Shown piece after piece: positions 25,477 to 34,188 of a stretch of 39,905 nt of DNA. Location: contig JANOEP010000048.1 in NCBI GenBank assembly GCA_031441465.1, positions 1 through 39,905 of the forward strand, given 5' to 3'. Positions within the stretch are counted from its first letter, which is position 1; every line of letters begins with the position of its first letter. The position numbers and the translations under genes are program-made. The DNA comes from a bacterium (GTDB lineage: Bacteria; Krumholzibacteriota; Krumholzibacteriia; LZORAL124-64-63). Below the pieces are notes generated by a model, which had not been told where the DNA came from, ran no database searches, and was given only the letters and a program-made list of their open reading frames with translations.

Positions 25477-26721
25477 ATGGCGAATTTCACCTACGTGGCG
25501 AAGGACCGCAGCGGCGTCGAGCTGACGGGCTTCCTGTCCGGCGCCAGCGACGACGAGATCATCCAGCGGCTGCACCAGCAGGGGCTGGCCGTCATGCACG
25601 TCGCCGAGGACCGGCGGGGCCAGGCCAAGGCGGCCTGGAAGGCCCAGGCGGCCTCCTGGAACCTCCGCCGGGCGTCGACGCGCGACCTGGCGCTGTTCAG
25701 CCGTCAGCTGGCCACGGTGCTGGAGTCGGGCATCCCCCTGGTCAAGGGCCTGCGGGGCCTGTCCGCCGACTCGGGCCGCGGCCCGGTGGCGAAGGCGGTG
25801 GACGATCTGGCCACGCGCGTGGAGCGCGGCGAGAGCATCTCGGACGCCATGGCGGCCCACCCGGCCGTCTTCAACTCGATGTACCTGAGCATGATCCGCG
25901 CAGGCGAGCGCGCCGGCACCCTGGACAAGATCGTCGTCGAACTCTCCAACTACCTGGAAAAGGTCGACGACATCAAGGGCAAGGTGAAGGCGGCGATGAC
26001 CTACCCGGTCTTCATCCTGACCTTCACGATCCTGGCCACCCTGTTCCTGATCCTGAAGATCGTGCCGACCTTCTCGGACATCTACAAGGAACTCGGCCAG
26101 GAACTGCCTGCGCTGACCCGCGTCGTGCTGAGCATCTCGGACGCCGTGCGCGCTCACGTCGTGGTCGTGCTGGGCGGCATGGCGGCCCTGGTCGTCGCCA
26201 CGTTCGCCGCCCTGCGCACCCGCCGCGGCCTGCGCACCTGGCACGCCATGATGCTGCGGATGCCCATCTTCGGCTCCATCGTCACCAAGAGCGTGATGAG
26301 CCGCTTCGCCCGCACCTTCGGCATCCTGATCGGCAGCGGACTGCCCATCCTCGAGAGCCTCGACCTGGTCAAGGGGGCCGCCGACAACCTGGTGGTCGCC
26401 GACGCCATCGACGAGGTCAAGGCCAAGGTCGCCGCCGGCCAGGGCGTGACCGAGTCCTTCCGCGCCACCGGCGCCTTCCCGGAGATGATCCTGCAGCTGA
26501 TGGCCACCGGCGAGGAGGCCGGCGAGCTGGACACGATGCTGAACAAGTCCTCGGACTTCTACGACCGGCAGGTCGAGGCGTCCGTGCACGGACTGTCGTC
26601 GCTCATCGAGCCGATCATGATCGTGGTCGTGGGCGGCATCATCGGCTTCATCGTGCTGAGCATGTTCCTGCCCATCTTCGGGATGGGCGACGCGATGATC
26701 AAGGGGTCGGCGGCCATGTAG
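25477..26721 (+). CDS. pilC: PilC/GspF inner-membrane platform protein (414 aa)
   Basis: FSRQLATVLESGIPL, AGERAGTL, AMTYP, TGEEAGELDTML, LIEPIMIV, MFLPIF. Confidence 0.93.
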   Translation: MANFTYVAKDRSGVELTGFLSGASDDEIIQRLHQQGLAVMHVAEDRRGQAKAAWKAQAASWNLRRASTRDLALFSRQLATVLESGIPLVKGLRGLSADSGRGPVAKAVDDLATRVERGESISDAMAAHPAVFNSMYLSMIRAGERAGTLDKIVVELSNYLEKVDDIKGKVKAAMTYPVFILTFTILATLFLILKIVPTFSDIYKELGQELPALTRVVLSISDAVRAHVVVVLGGMAALVVATFAALRTRRGLRTWHAMMLRMPIFGSIVTKSVMSRFARTFGILIGSGLPILESLDLVKGAADNLVVADAIDEVKAKVAAGQGVTESFRATGAFPEMILQLMATGEEAGELDTMLNKSSDFYDRQVEASVHGLSSLIEPIMIVVVGGIIGFIVLSMFLPIFGMGDAMIKGSAAM

Positions 26722-26825
26722 GCGCCGATTCGCATTTGGAGGTGGCACTCAATCACCCGGACTGGCTGCCACCTGGGACAAGGACGTCCGGGGGAATCGT
26801 CTGCGCAAGCAGAGGAGGGACCAAG

Positions 26826-27260
26826 ATGAATCGCTTCCGTCGCAAGCCCGACCAGAAGGGCTTCACCATGATCGAGCTGATGGTCGTCGTCGTGATCGTC
26901 GGCGTCCTGGCCGCCATCGCCGTGCCGATGTACGGGAAGTACGTCAAGAACGCGCGGCTCACCGAGGCCACCAGCCGCATCGGCGAGATCGTCACGAGCT
27001 CCAAGTCGTGGGCGCTCGAGAACGAGAGCGCCGCGGGCAACCCGATCTGGCCGTCCGGAGCCGGCGGTCTCGTCGACCTGACCGCCTCGGCCAACTTCAC
27101 CTACGCGATCAGCAGCGGCGGCGGCAGCAACGCCAGCACCACGGCCTTCGTGCTGCGCGCCACCGGCGTGGCCGGGACGCGCATGGCCGGCGTCACGGTG
27201 ACGCAGACCGTACCGAACATCAACAGCAACGGCAGTGCGCCGGTCATCGCCGGCCTCTAG
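26826..27260 (+). CDS. pilA: Type IV major pilin, copy 1 (144 aa)
   Basis: Prepilin site QKG|FTMIELMVVVVIVGVLAAIAVP with E5 and P22; GAGGAGG RBS. Confidence 0.92.
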   Translation: MNRFRRKPDQKGFTMIELMVVVVIVGVLAAIAVPMYGKYVKNARLTEATSRIGEIVTSSKSWALENESAAGNPIWPSGAGGLVDLTASANFTYAISSGGGSNASTTAFVLRATGVAGTRMAGVTVTQTVPNINSNGSAPVIAGL

Positions 27261-27359
27261 CCGCTGCACACTTCGGGTGGCACGCGTTCGTCCGGACTGG
27301 CGGCCACCGGGTTCAGTCGTCCGGACGGGCACAATCGTAACAACGCAGGAGGTAGGATA

Positions 27360-27794
27360 ATGAACCGATTCCGTCGCAAGTCCGACCAGAAGGGCTTCAC
27401 CATGATCGAACTGATGGTCGTCGTCGTGATCGTCGGCGTCCTGGCCGCCATCGCCGTGCCGATGTACGGCAAGTACGTCAAGAACGCGCGGCTCACCGAG
27501 GCCACCAGCCGCATCGGCGAGATCGTCACGAGCTCCAAGGCGTGGGCGATCGAGAACGAGAGCGCCGCGGGCAACCCGATCTGGCCGTCCGGCGCCGGCG
27601 GCGTCGTCGACCTGACCGCCTCGGCCAACTTCACCTACGCGATCAGCAGCGGCGGCGGCAGCAATGCCAGCACCACCGCCCTGGTGTTGACGGCCACCGG
27701 CGTGGCCGGCACGCGCATGGCCGGCGTCTCGGTGACGCAGACCGTGCCGAACATCAACAGCAACGGCAGTGCGCCGGTCGTCGCGGGCCTGTAG
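27360..27794 (+). CDS. pilA: Type IV major pilin, copy 2 (144 aa; 8 substitutions relative to copy 1)
   Basis: Same prepilin motif; near-identical tandem duplicate; AGGAGG RBS. Confidence 0.92.
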   Translation: MNRFRRKSDQKGFTMIELMVVVVIVGVLAAIAVPMYGKYVKNARLTEATSRIGEIVTSSKAWAIENESAAGNPIWPSGAGGVVDLTASANFTYAISSGGGSNASTTALVLTATGVAGTRMAGVSVTQTVPNINSNGSAPVVAGL

Positions 27795-27809
27795 CCCGCT
27801 CAGTCGGCT

Positions 27810-27842
27810 CGGGTCGGGAGGCCGCATCGGCTTCCCGACCCG
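27810..27842 (+). promoter_or_regulatory. Strong intra-operon hairpin after the major pilins (mRNA stabiliser or partial terminator)
   Basis: CGGGTCGGGAGGCCG / CGGCTTCCCGACCCG, 15-bp stem with one G-U pair; no U-tract. Confidence 0.6.
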
Positions 27843-27869
27843 CCACACACCGGCAGGAAGTTCAGTACG

Positions 27870-28292
27870 ATGTTGCGGAACAACAGCGTCGGCAGGCAGG
27901 ACGGTTTCACCCTGATCGAGGTGATGGTGGCCTCGGTGGTGCTGCTGTTGGCCTGCTTCGGAATGGCCCACTACGCCGTCGGCAGCCGCACGCAGCTGTC
28001 GCTGGAGGAGGGCCGCCGGCACGCCGTCGCGGTGGCGCAGGGGCGCCTCGAGACGATCAAGCGCGGCGAGACCTACGACACGCTGGATTCGCTGTCCGAT
28101 CGCGACACCACCTACACGGTGGACGGGCGGCCCTACGCCGTGACGCACACGGTCGGCCTGAACACGCCGGACGAGCACGCCGCCACGGTCGCCGTGACGG
28201 TGACCTGGAGCGAGATGATCAGCGGCAACGCGACGCCGCGCTCGATCGGCCTGGCGACGATCGTCAGCCGCAGCCTGCTCTGGGAGGGATAG
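27870..28292 (+). CDS. Minor pilin, PilV/GspI-like (140 aa)
   Basis: QDG|FTLIEVMVASVVL; A..AQGRLE; VAVTVTW. Confidence 0.85.
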   Translation: MLRNNSVGRQDGFTLIEVMVASVVLLLACFGMAHYAVGSRTQLSLEEGRRHAVAVAQGRLETIKRGETYDTLDSLSDRDTTYTVDGRPYAVTHTVGLNTPDEHAATVAVTVTWSEMISGNATPRSIGLATIVSRSLLWEG

Positions 28293-28296
28293 AGCC

Positions 28297-28800
28297 GTGA
28301 CGAAGAGCCGCACCGGACTACCCCACCGCTGTCACCGGCCCGACCAGGCCGGCTTGACGCTCATCGAGATGATGGTCGCCATCGTGGCCTCGGGCGTCGT
28401 GGTCATGTCGCTCGGCCGGCTGGTCACCACGAACCAGACCATGGTCTTCGGCGGCCGCAGCCGGGCCGTCCTGCAGCAGGACATCAGCCGGGTGATCAAC
28501 GTGATCACCCAGGACGTGCGCGAATCCCGCTGGGTCATGGCCCAGTCGGACGCCGAGTTCCGAACCTACGACCACGCGGGCGGGGTCACGCACGTCTACC
28601 TGGTGACCGCCGTCGACGGCGGCAACCTGGTCACCCGCGACGGCGTCGCGCTCGCGCAGAACGGCTGCGACAGCCTGACCGTCGCGGCCAGTCCCGATTC
28701 CACGATCCTGACGGTCTCGCTCGGGCTCTCCGACAACCGCCAGAACGCCACGGCCGGCTTCACCGCCGTGAGTGTGCGCAACCACGCGATGGAGTTCTGA
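28297..28800 (+). CDS. Minor pilin, PilW/GspJ-like (167 aa)
   Basis: QAG|LTLIEMMVAIV; ITQDVRE; C-terminal VSVRN. Confidence 0.85.
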   Translation: MTKSRTGLPHRCHRPDQAGLTLIEMMVAIVASGVVVMSLGRLVTTNQTMVFGGRSRAVLQQDISRVINVITQDVRESRWVMAQSDAEFRTYDHAGGVTHVYLVTAVDGGNLVTRDGVALAQNGCDSLTVAASPDSTILTVSLGLSDNRQNATAGFTAVSVRNHAMEF

Positions 28801-30140
28801 TGAGCAGGCGAAGGGACACGGACACCATGGGCAGGACGCGCGCCGGCCAGGCCGGCTACGTCCTGCTCGCGGTCACCGTGTTCGTCTTCGCCCTGATCGT
28901 CGGCGGCATGGCCCTGTTCGCCACGGCTTCCTACGAATCGAAGCACGCGCTGCGCGACTACGACAGCGCCGAGGCCTTCTACCTGGCCGACGCCGCCATC
29001 GAGCGCGCCCGAGCCATGCTGCTCGAGGACCGTGCCTGGCGCGACGGCTGGAACGACGTCGCCTTCGACCGCGGCACCTACGACCTCGCCATCGTCGACA
29101 CCACGCTCGTCAACCAGCCGGGCGCCTTCGTGAGCCTGACCGGCACCGGCACCGTGAACCAGACCAGCCGGCGGGTCACGGCCGTCGCCGAAGTCCCGCC
29201 GGCCGGCCTGAATCTGGGCCTGCTGGGGATGGACGATGCGGTGTCGCTGTTCAACCCCTTCTGCGTCAACGGCCGCGCCCATATCAACGGCTGGTGCTTC
29301 TTCGGCTTCCGCAACCGCAACTTCCGCTGCGGGACCCTGACCCAGGGATTCGACCTGACCCCGCCGCACCTGTATACCGACGCCGCGCATTTCCCGGGCT
29401 CGACCTACTACGAGGTGCGCCCGACCAGGACCGGCGCCGTCCACAACGCCCGGATCTTCGACGCGAGCGGGGTCGACATCACGACCGCACGCGGAGACAG
29501 CCTGACGACGGTCCTGGCCTACAGCCCGCTGCTCGGCACCTACATCTACACCTTCAGCGGCGATGCGGCGATCGACCGGTACTTCGCCGAGGACACCGGC
29601 GTCTTCCGCCGCGCGGCGGGCGACTCCTCCGTGGTGGTCAACTTCGGCGGCGCGCCCCTGGTTACGCCCCCGGGGCCCAACGCCGTGAACCAGTTGTTCA
29701 TCGGCAACACCTCGCGCGTCGTCCGCGCCACCATCATCAACACGCGCTTCACGGGGATCACGGTCGAACAGCGGCTGCAATACGGCAACTGGCGCGCCGG
29801 CCTGACGATCCTCGACGGCGTGAGATTCGCGCCGCGCAACGGCATGACGCTGATCTGCGGCATGTTCCACTCGTTCGGCACTGCGAACTACGGCAACGCC
29901 CAGTATCCGGGTCTGGTCTACATCACGGGCTACCTCAACTCGTTCTGGGGCAACTTGAACGCCCGCGGCAGCATCATCATGATGGGCGACTTCGTCAGCC
30001 TGGCCAACGTCACCATCACCTACGACCCCCTGATGCTGGACCGCATGCCCGCCTACATGGAAGAAGAGTGGCCGGACCGCGTGTCCGGCAGTTCCAGGAT
30101 CGTCACGTGGCGCGAAGTCGGCGCCCCGACCGGCGGCTGA
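28800..30140 (+). CDS. Large PilX/GspK-like minor pilin with a beta-rich C-terminal domain (446 aa)
   Basis: QAG|YVLLAVTVFV without E5; AFYLADAAIE PilX-type motif; C-terminal IVTWREV; TGATG overlap with the upstream gene. Confidence 0.8.
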   Translation: MSRRRDTDTMGRTRAGQAGYVLLAVTVFVFALIVGGMALFATASYESKHALRDYDSAEAFYLADAAIERARAMLLEDRAWRDGWNDVAFDRGTYDLAIVDTTLVNQPGAFVSLTGTGTVNQTSRRVTAVAEVPPAGLNLGLLGMDDAVSLFNPFCVNGRAHINGWCFFGFRNRNFRCGTLTQGFDLTPPHLYTDAAHFPGSTYYEVRPTRTGAVHNARIFDASGVDITTARGDSLTTVLAYSPLLGTYIYTFSGDAAIDRYFAEDTGVFRRAAGDSSVVVNFGGAPLVTPPGPNAVNQLFIGNTSRVVRATIINTRFTGITVEQRLQYGNWRAGLTILDGVRFAPRNGMTLICGMFHSFGTANYGNAQYPGLVYITGYLNSFWGNLNARGSIIMMGDFVSLANVTITYDPLMLDRMPAYMEEEWPDRVSGSSRIVTWREVGAPTGG

Positions 30141-30154
30141 CAAGGAGGACGGTA

Positions 30155-31132
30155 GTGTTCCGAACCCGCAACGCCCGTACGGGCATCGACATCGGAGCCA
30201 CCAGCATCAAGCTGGTGCGGGGAGAAGGGCGCTCCGCGCTCGACTCCGTCACGCACGCCGGCACCGAGCCGTGGGACGGTCTGGTCCGCGAGAACCGCAC
30301 CGAGCGAGCCGGTGCCGCCCTGCGCGAGTTGCTTCACAAGCAGGGCCTGGGCCGCGCACAGTTGGGCCGCGTGGCCGTGGGCGTGGGCTGGAAGGAGACG
30401 GCGCTGCGCGAGACCGAGTTGCCGCCGATCACCCCCGCCGAACTGGCCCGCGCGCTGCCCTACGAGGCCCGCAACCACCTCGAGCTGGAGAACATGGATT
30501 CGCCGGTGCTCGCAGGGCAGGTCCTGGGAGCCACCACCGCCTTGCTGGACGCCGAGCCCGCCGCAGCCGGGACGCGGGTCCTGATGGCCGCCGTGCCGCG
30601 CGCACGCCGGGACTGGGTCGTCGCCGTGCTGGCCCAGGCCGGCCTCGAGCCCGAGGTCGTGGACCTCGAGCCGCTGGCCGCCCTGAACGCCCTGTTCGCG
30701 GAGTTGCCGCCGCAGACGGCCCTCGACGAGGCGGTCGGTCTGCTGGACCTGGGCGGCCGCCATGCATCCCTGCACATCGCTTCGCGCCGCGGGGGCCTGT
30801 TGACCCGCACGGTCGGACCCGACGCGCCCGCCGACCCCGCCTCCCCGCAGGAGCACGGGTTCCGACTAAAGCTCTCGGCGGGCATCGAGCAGACGATCAC
30901 CTTCTACCGGGGACGCTACCGGCAGGAGATCTCGACCATCCACGTCGCCGGCGGCGGCGCGCTGGCCGCCGGGCGTCTCGAGGCGCTGCAGGAGTCGACC
31001 GGCAAGCGGTTCGAGCTGTTCCGGCCCCTGGCCAGCCTGGGCGCCCGCGGCGAGATCGACGGCCGGCCTCTGGGTCCGCAGTACCTCATGGCTTGCGGCC
31101 TCTGCCGCTGGTGGGACGGTGCCCATGTATAG
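30155..31132 (+). CDS. pilM: PilM-like actin-fold alignment protein (325 aa)
   Basis: GIDIGATSIKLV, VLMAAVPR, VVDLEPLAALN, LLDLGG, IHVAGGGA; GTG start after an AAGGAGG RBS. Confidence 0.88.
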   Translation: MFRTRNARTGIDIGATSIKLVRGEGRSALDSVTHAGTEPWDGLVRENRTERAGAALRELLHKQGLGRAQLGRVAVGVGWKETALRETELPPITPAELARALPYEARNHLELENMDSPVLAGQVLGATTALLDAEPAAAGTRVLMAAVPRARRDWVVAVLAQAGLEPEVVDLEPLAALNALFAELPPQTALDEAVGLLDLGGRHASLHIASRRGGLLTRTVGPDAPADPASPQEHGFRLKLSAGIEQTITFYRGRYRQEISTIHVAGGGALAAGRLEALQESTGKRFELFRPLASLGARGEIDGRPLGPQYLMACGLCRWWDGAHV

Positions 31133-31682
31133 GATCAACCTCTACCCCGAGTACCAGGAACGCCGCCAACGGCAGCGGTCCAAGACCATGGCGGGCGGCG
31201 TGCTGCTCGCGCTGCTGGGCCTCGAGGTGCTGATGGTCGGCGCGCTGCTGGTCAGTGACCACCTGCTGAACGAACGCGCCGCGACGCTGCGCGCCGAACT
31301 GCCCCAGCTGACGTCCCGGCTGCAGGCGAACACGCGAGCGCGCCCAGAACTGGACTTGGCGCTCGAGCTGATCTCCCTGAGGGAGAAGCGCGTGGACTGG
31401 ACGCCCAAGCTCGCCGCCGTCGCCGAGCAGTGCGCCCTCGGCATGAAGCTGGTGGAGATCCAGGGCCGCACCGCTTCGAAGCGGGAGCGGCCGAGGTTCG
31501 AGATCAACGGCGAGGCGCTCGACGCGAACGGGGCGCTCACCGTGGTGTCGGCCTACCTGGAGCGGCTGCGCGCCGACGTGAGGATGACGGACGATTTCCC
31601 GCGGGTGGACCTGGGCAACATCCGCGGCGGCGGCTCCGGCGAGTTCGCCGTCATCTGCGCCCCCCCGGAGGTGAAGGAATGA
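31125..31682 (+). CDS. pilN: PilN-like protein (185 aa)
   Basis: N-terminal RINLYP (INLLP-like) motif, one TM helix, coiled coil, INGEA; position after pilM. Confidence 0.8.
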   Translation: MYRINLYPEYQERRQRQRSKTMAGGVLLALLGLEVLMVGALLVSDHLLNERAATLRAELPQLTSRLQANTRARPELDLALELISLREKRVDWTPKLAAVAEQCALGMKLVEIQGRTASKRERPRFEINGEALDANGALTVVSAYLERLRADVRMTDDFPRVDLGNIRGGGSGEFAVICAPPEVKE

Positions 31683-32209
31683 AGATCCGCTGTGCGGGCA
31701 CGCGCCTGCCCGTCGTGCTGGCCACGGCCGGCCTGCTACTCGTCGTCGGCCTGGTCATCGAGATGGCCTTCGCCCGGCCGCGTTTGCAGGAGATCCAGCG
31801 TCTGACCGGCGAGTGTGCAAGTCTCCAGTCCCAGATCCAGGACCAGCTGCGCTTCGAGAGCGCGAGCCGGCAACTGGCCGTCCACTTCGACCTGCCGGGA
31901 TTGTCCGAGCTGACCGGCCGCTCGCAACCCGACGCCGTGGCCTACCTGGGCCAGGCGCTCGACCGCGCCGGCCTGCAGAGGCTGGACATGACCACCAACG
32001 GCGGCGAGGACTTCGGCAAGCTGCGCCGCAACGACTTCCTCATCCGCGCCTGCGGCGACTACGCGGAGATCCAGACCTTCGTCCGCGACCTCGAAAGCGG
32101 CCGGCGCCTGGTAAGCATCGACGCCCTGGCGATCAAGTCCATGCTGGAATCGAGCGACCTCGAGGGACGCTTCAACATCTCGATCTACGACCCGACGGGG
32201 GTGCAATGA
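31679..32209 (+). CDS. pilO: PilO-like protein (176 aa)
   Basis: N-terminal TM helix, coiled coil, GDYAEIQTFVRDLE..RRLV motif; ATGA overlap. Confidence 0.8.
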   Translation: MKIRCAGTRLPVVLATAGLLLVVGLVIEMAFARPRLQEIQRLTGECASLQSQIQDQLRFESASRQLAVHFDLPGLSELTGRSQPDAVAYLGQALDRAGLQRLDMTTNGGEDFGKLRRNDFLIRACGDYAEIQTFVRDLESGRRLVSIDALAIKSMLESSDLEGRFNISIYDPTGVQ

Positions 32210-32685
32210 CCATGGCGCAGGATCTTCAGGAGAAACGCACGTTCCGGATCGGGCTGGCGGTCATGCTGGTCCTGGTCCTGGTGCTGGCCCTACGCAGCCA
32301 GCGCACCGTCAGCGCCGTGCTGGCGAACCCGGCCGTGGCGGCCGAAGCGGCGGCCGCCGTTCCCGGCGACGACGTCGACATGGCATCGCTCGACCGGCGC
32401 GACAGCCTCATCGCGGCCGCGCAGCCCGTCGGGCGCGACCCGTTCAGCGCCCGGCGGACCGAGCCGACGGAGCGGGTCACCCGGCAGATCGTGGCGGTAG
32501 CGACCGCTCCGACCCTGTCGGCCCTGCTGTTCGACCACGTCAACCCCTCCACGCAGATCAACGTCGAGGGCCAGCGCTCCGGCTGGCTGCATCAGGGTGA
32601 GACGTTCCAAGGATGGAGAGTGACCGCGATCACGAGCGACACGGTCACCATCACCAAGGGTGGCGAGACCATCGTCTTACCCTGA
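32206..32685 (+). CDS. PilP/GspC-like protein (159 aa)
   Basis: TM anchor, GRDPF motif, C-terminal beta domain GETFQGWRVTAITSDTVTI; lies between pilO and the secretin. Confidence 0.7.
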   Translation: MTMAQDLQEKRTFRIGLAVMLVLVLVLALRSQRTVSAVLANPAVAAEAAAAVPGDDVDMASLDRRDSLIAAAQPVGRDPFSARRTEPTERVTRQIVAVATAPTLSALLFDHVNPSTQINVEGQRSGWLHQGETFQGWRVTAITSDTVTITKGGETIVLP

Positions 32686-32704
32686 CCGCAGGAGGGATTC
32701 CGAA

Positions 32705-34063
32705 ATGAACCTGAAGCGAACGCACCTGCGCCGGCCCGTGCTGGCGTTCCTGGCCCTGGCCCTGCTCACGCTGCCGTGCGCGGCCGCAGCCGCCGGCAAG
32801 GATCTGGTGACCCTGCAGGCGTCCGACACGCCGGTGGGCGAAATCCTGAAGATCCTCGCCGACCGCGGCGGCATGAACATCGTCACCAGCCCCGAGGTCT
32901 CCACGCGGATGATTTCGATCCGGCTGACCGAGACGCCGTTCGAGGAGGCGCTGAACCTCGTCGTGCGCGCCGCCGGGCTGGCCTACGAGCGGGTCGGCGG
33001 CACGATCCTGGTCGCCGACGTCGAGCGGCTGGTCACGCGCACCGGCCTGGTGACCCGAGTCTTCGACCTGCAGCACGCCGACCCCGAGCGGGTGCGCGAA
33101 GCGCTGGAAGTCGTGACCGAGAGCGTCTCGGTCGAGCCTGACCAGCACCGCGTCGTGGTCCGCGCCACCCATTCTGAACTCGAGCAGGTCGCCGCGGTGA
33201 TCCTGGAATTGGACCGCCGTCCCCAGCAGGTCCTGCTGGAGGCCCGCCTCATCGAGATCAACACCTCCTCGCTCAAGGAGGTCGGGATCGACTGGGAGAA
33301 GCTGACCAAGTGGTCGACCAAGATCGTCGAGGGCTACAACGGCGTGTCGCAGCCCGGCGAGTTCCCCGTCGACATCGACTACGTGCGCATGACCAGCGGT
33401 TCGGGCTTCTTCCGCCAGTACGCCACCTTCGATCTGGCCATCGACGCCCTGATCACGGACGAGCACGCCCGCCTGCTGTCGAACGTCAAGATCGCCACCC
33501 TGGACGGGTCCGCCGCCGAGATCTTCGCCGGCGAGACCGTGCCGGTGGTCATCACCTCGCTCCAGTCCCCGGGCGCCTCCGGCGGGACGATGCAGTCGAT
33601 CCAGCTGGAGAAGATCGATGTCGGCGTGAAGCTGAGCATCACGCCGCGCGTCACCGACGACGGGTTCATCACGGCCCTGGTGGAGCCTGAAGTCTCGCGG
33701 ATCCTGAAGTTCGTGGGCCCGGACGAGGACCTGCCCCAGACCTCGACGCGCCGGGCCTCGGCCACCGTCCGCGTCCGCGACGGCGAGACGATCTACCTGG
33801 GCGGCCTGCTGTCCGAAGAGAAGCGGTCGACCGCCAAGAAGGTCCCGCTGTTCGGCGACCTGCCGCTGCTGGGCGCCCTCTTCCGCTACAGCAAGGACGA
33901 GATGAACCGCTACGATCTCGTGATCGAGATCACGCCGCGGATCATCGGCGACGCCGGCTCGGCTCTGCCCCAGGCCGCCCTGGAGAGCCCCTACCTGGCG
34001 CCGACCCTGCAGGACGTCGAAGCGCTCGAGAACAACGTCCCGCCGGCCCCCGGCACGGACTAG
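32705..34063 (+). CDS. pilQ: Secretin (PilQ/GspD family, short form, 452 aa)
   Basis: Signal peptide; N0/N3-like domains; LDRRPQQVLLEARLIE, VGVKLSITPRV, VRDGETIYLGGL, KVPLFGDLPLLGALF, ITPRII. Confidence 0.92.
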   Translation: MNLKRTHLRRPVLAFLALALLTLPCAAAAAGKDLVTLQASDTPVGEILKILADRGGMNIVTSPEVSTRMISIRLTETPFEEALNLVVRAAGLAYERVGGTILVADVERLVTRTGLVTRVFDLQHADPERVREALEVVTESVSVEPDQHRVVVRATHSELEQVAAVILELDRRPQQVLLEARLIEINTSSLKEVGIDWEKLTKWSTKIVEGYNGVSQPGEFPVDIDYVRMTSGSGFFRQYATFDLAIDALITDEHARLLSNVKIATLDGSAAEIFAGETVPVVITSLQSPGASGGTMQSIQLEKIDVGVKLSITPRVTDDGFITALVEPEVSRILKFVGPDEDLPQTSTRRASATVRVRDGETIYLGGLLSEEKRSTAKKVPLFGDLPLLGALFRYSKDEMNRYDLVIEITPRIIGDAGSALPQAALESPYLAPTLQDVEALENNVPPAPGTD

Positions 34064-34077
34064 CGCCCACCCGGCGA

Positions 34078-34106
34078 GGCGCGGCGCCCTTCGGCGGCGC
34101 CGCGCC
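34078..34106 (+). promoter_or_regulatory. GC hairpin with a CTTCGG-containing loop between pilQ and pilT
   Basis: Perfect 11-bp stem GGCGCGGCGCC / GGCGCCGCGCC. Confidence 0.45.
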
Positions 34107-34188
34107 CGCACAGCCCAGGCGGCGGACCTTGCTATTTCGCCGACGCGACGACCCGCCAGCGGGACCAGGCACGAAAGGGACAGCCGAC

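Noticed and set aside
26741..26795. HDV-like ribozyme or sigma54 promoter reading of the pilin leaders
   Set aside because: The P1/P2 nesting resembles HDV but there is no room for P3/L3 (only 4-5 nt). TGGCAC is present but the -12 TTGC is absent in both copies.
26826..27794. Possible electrically conductive (e-pilin) pilins, given aromatics at mature positions 1, 24, 27 and 50 and the nearby redox operon
   Set aside because: Only about 7-8 aromatic residues in 132 mature residues (about 6%), with long aromatic-free gaps; lower than expected for e-pili.
28772..31132. 786-aa ORF suggesting an extended PilM
   Set aside because: The N-terminal part is an alternate frame of the PilX-like gene; PilM begins at GTG 30155 after a clear RBS.
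34116..34134. Second sigma54 promoter upstream of pilT (GGC...TTGCT)
   Set aside because: GG-to-GC spacing is 8 or 11 nt rather than the required 10.
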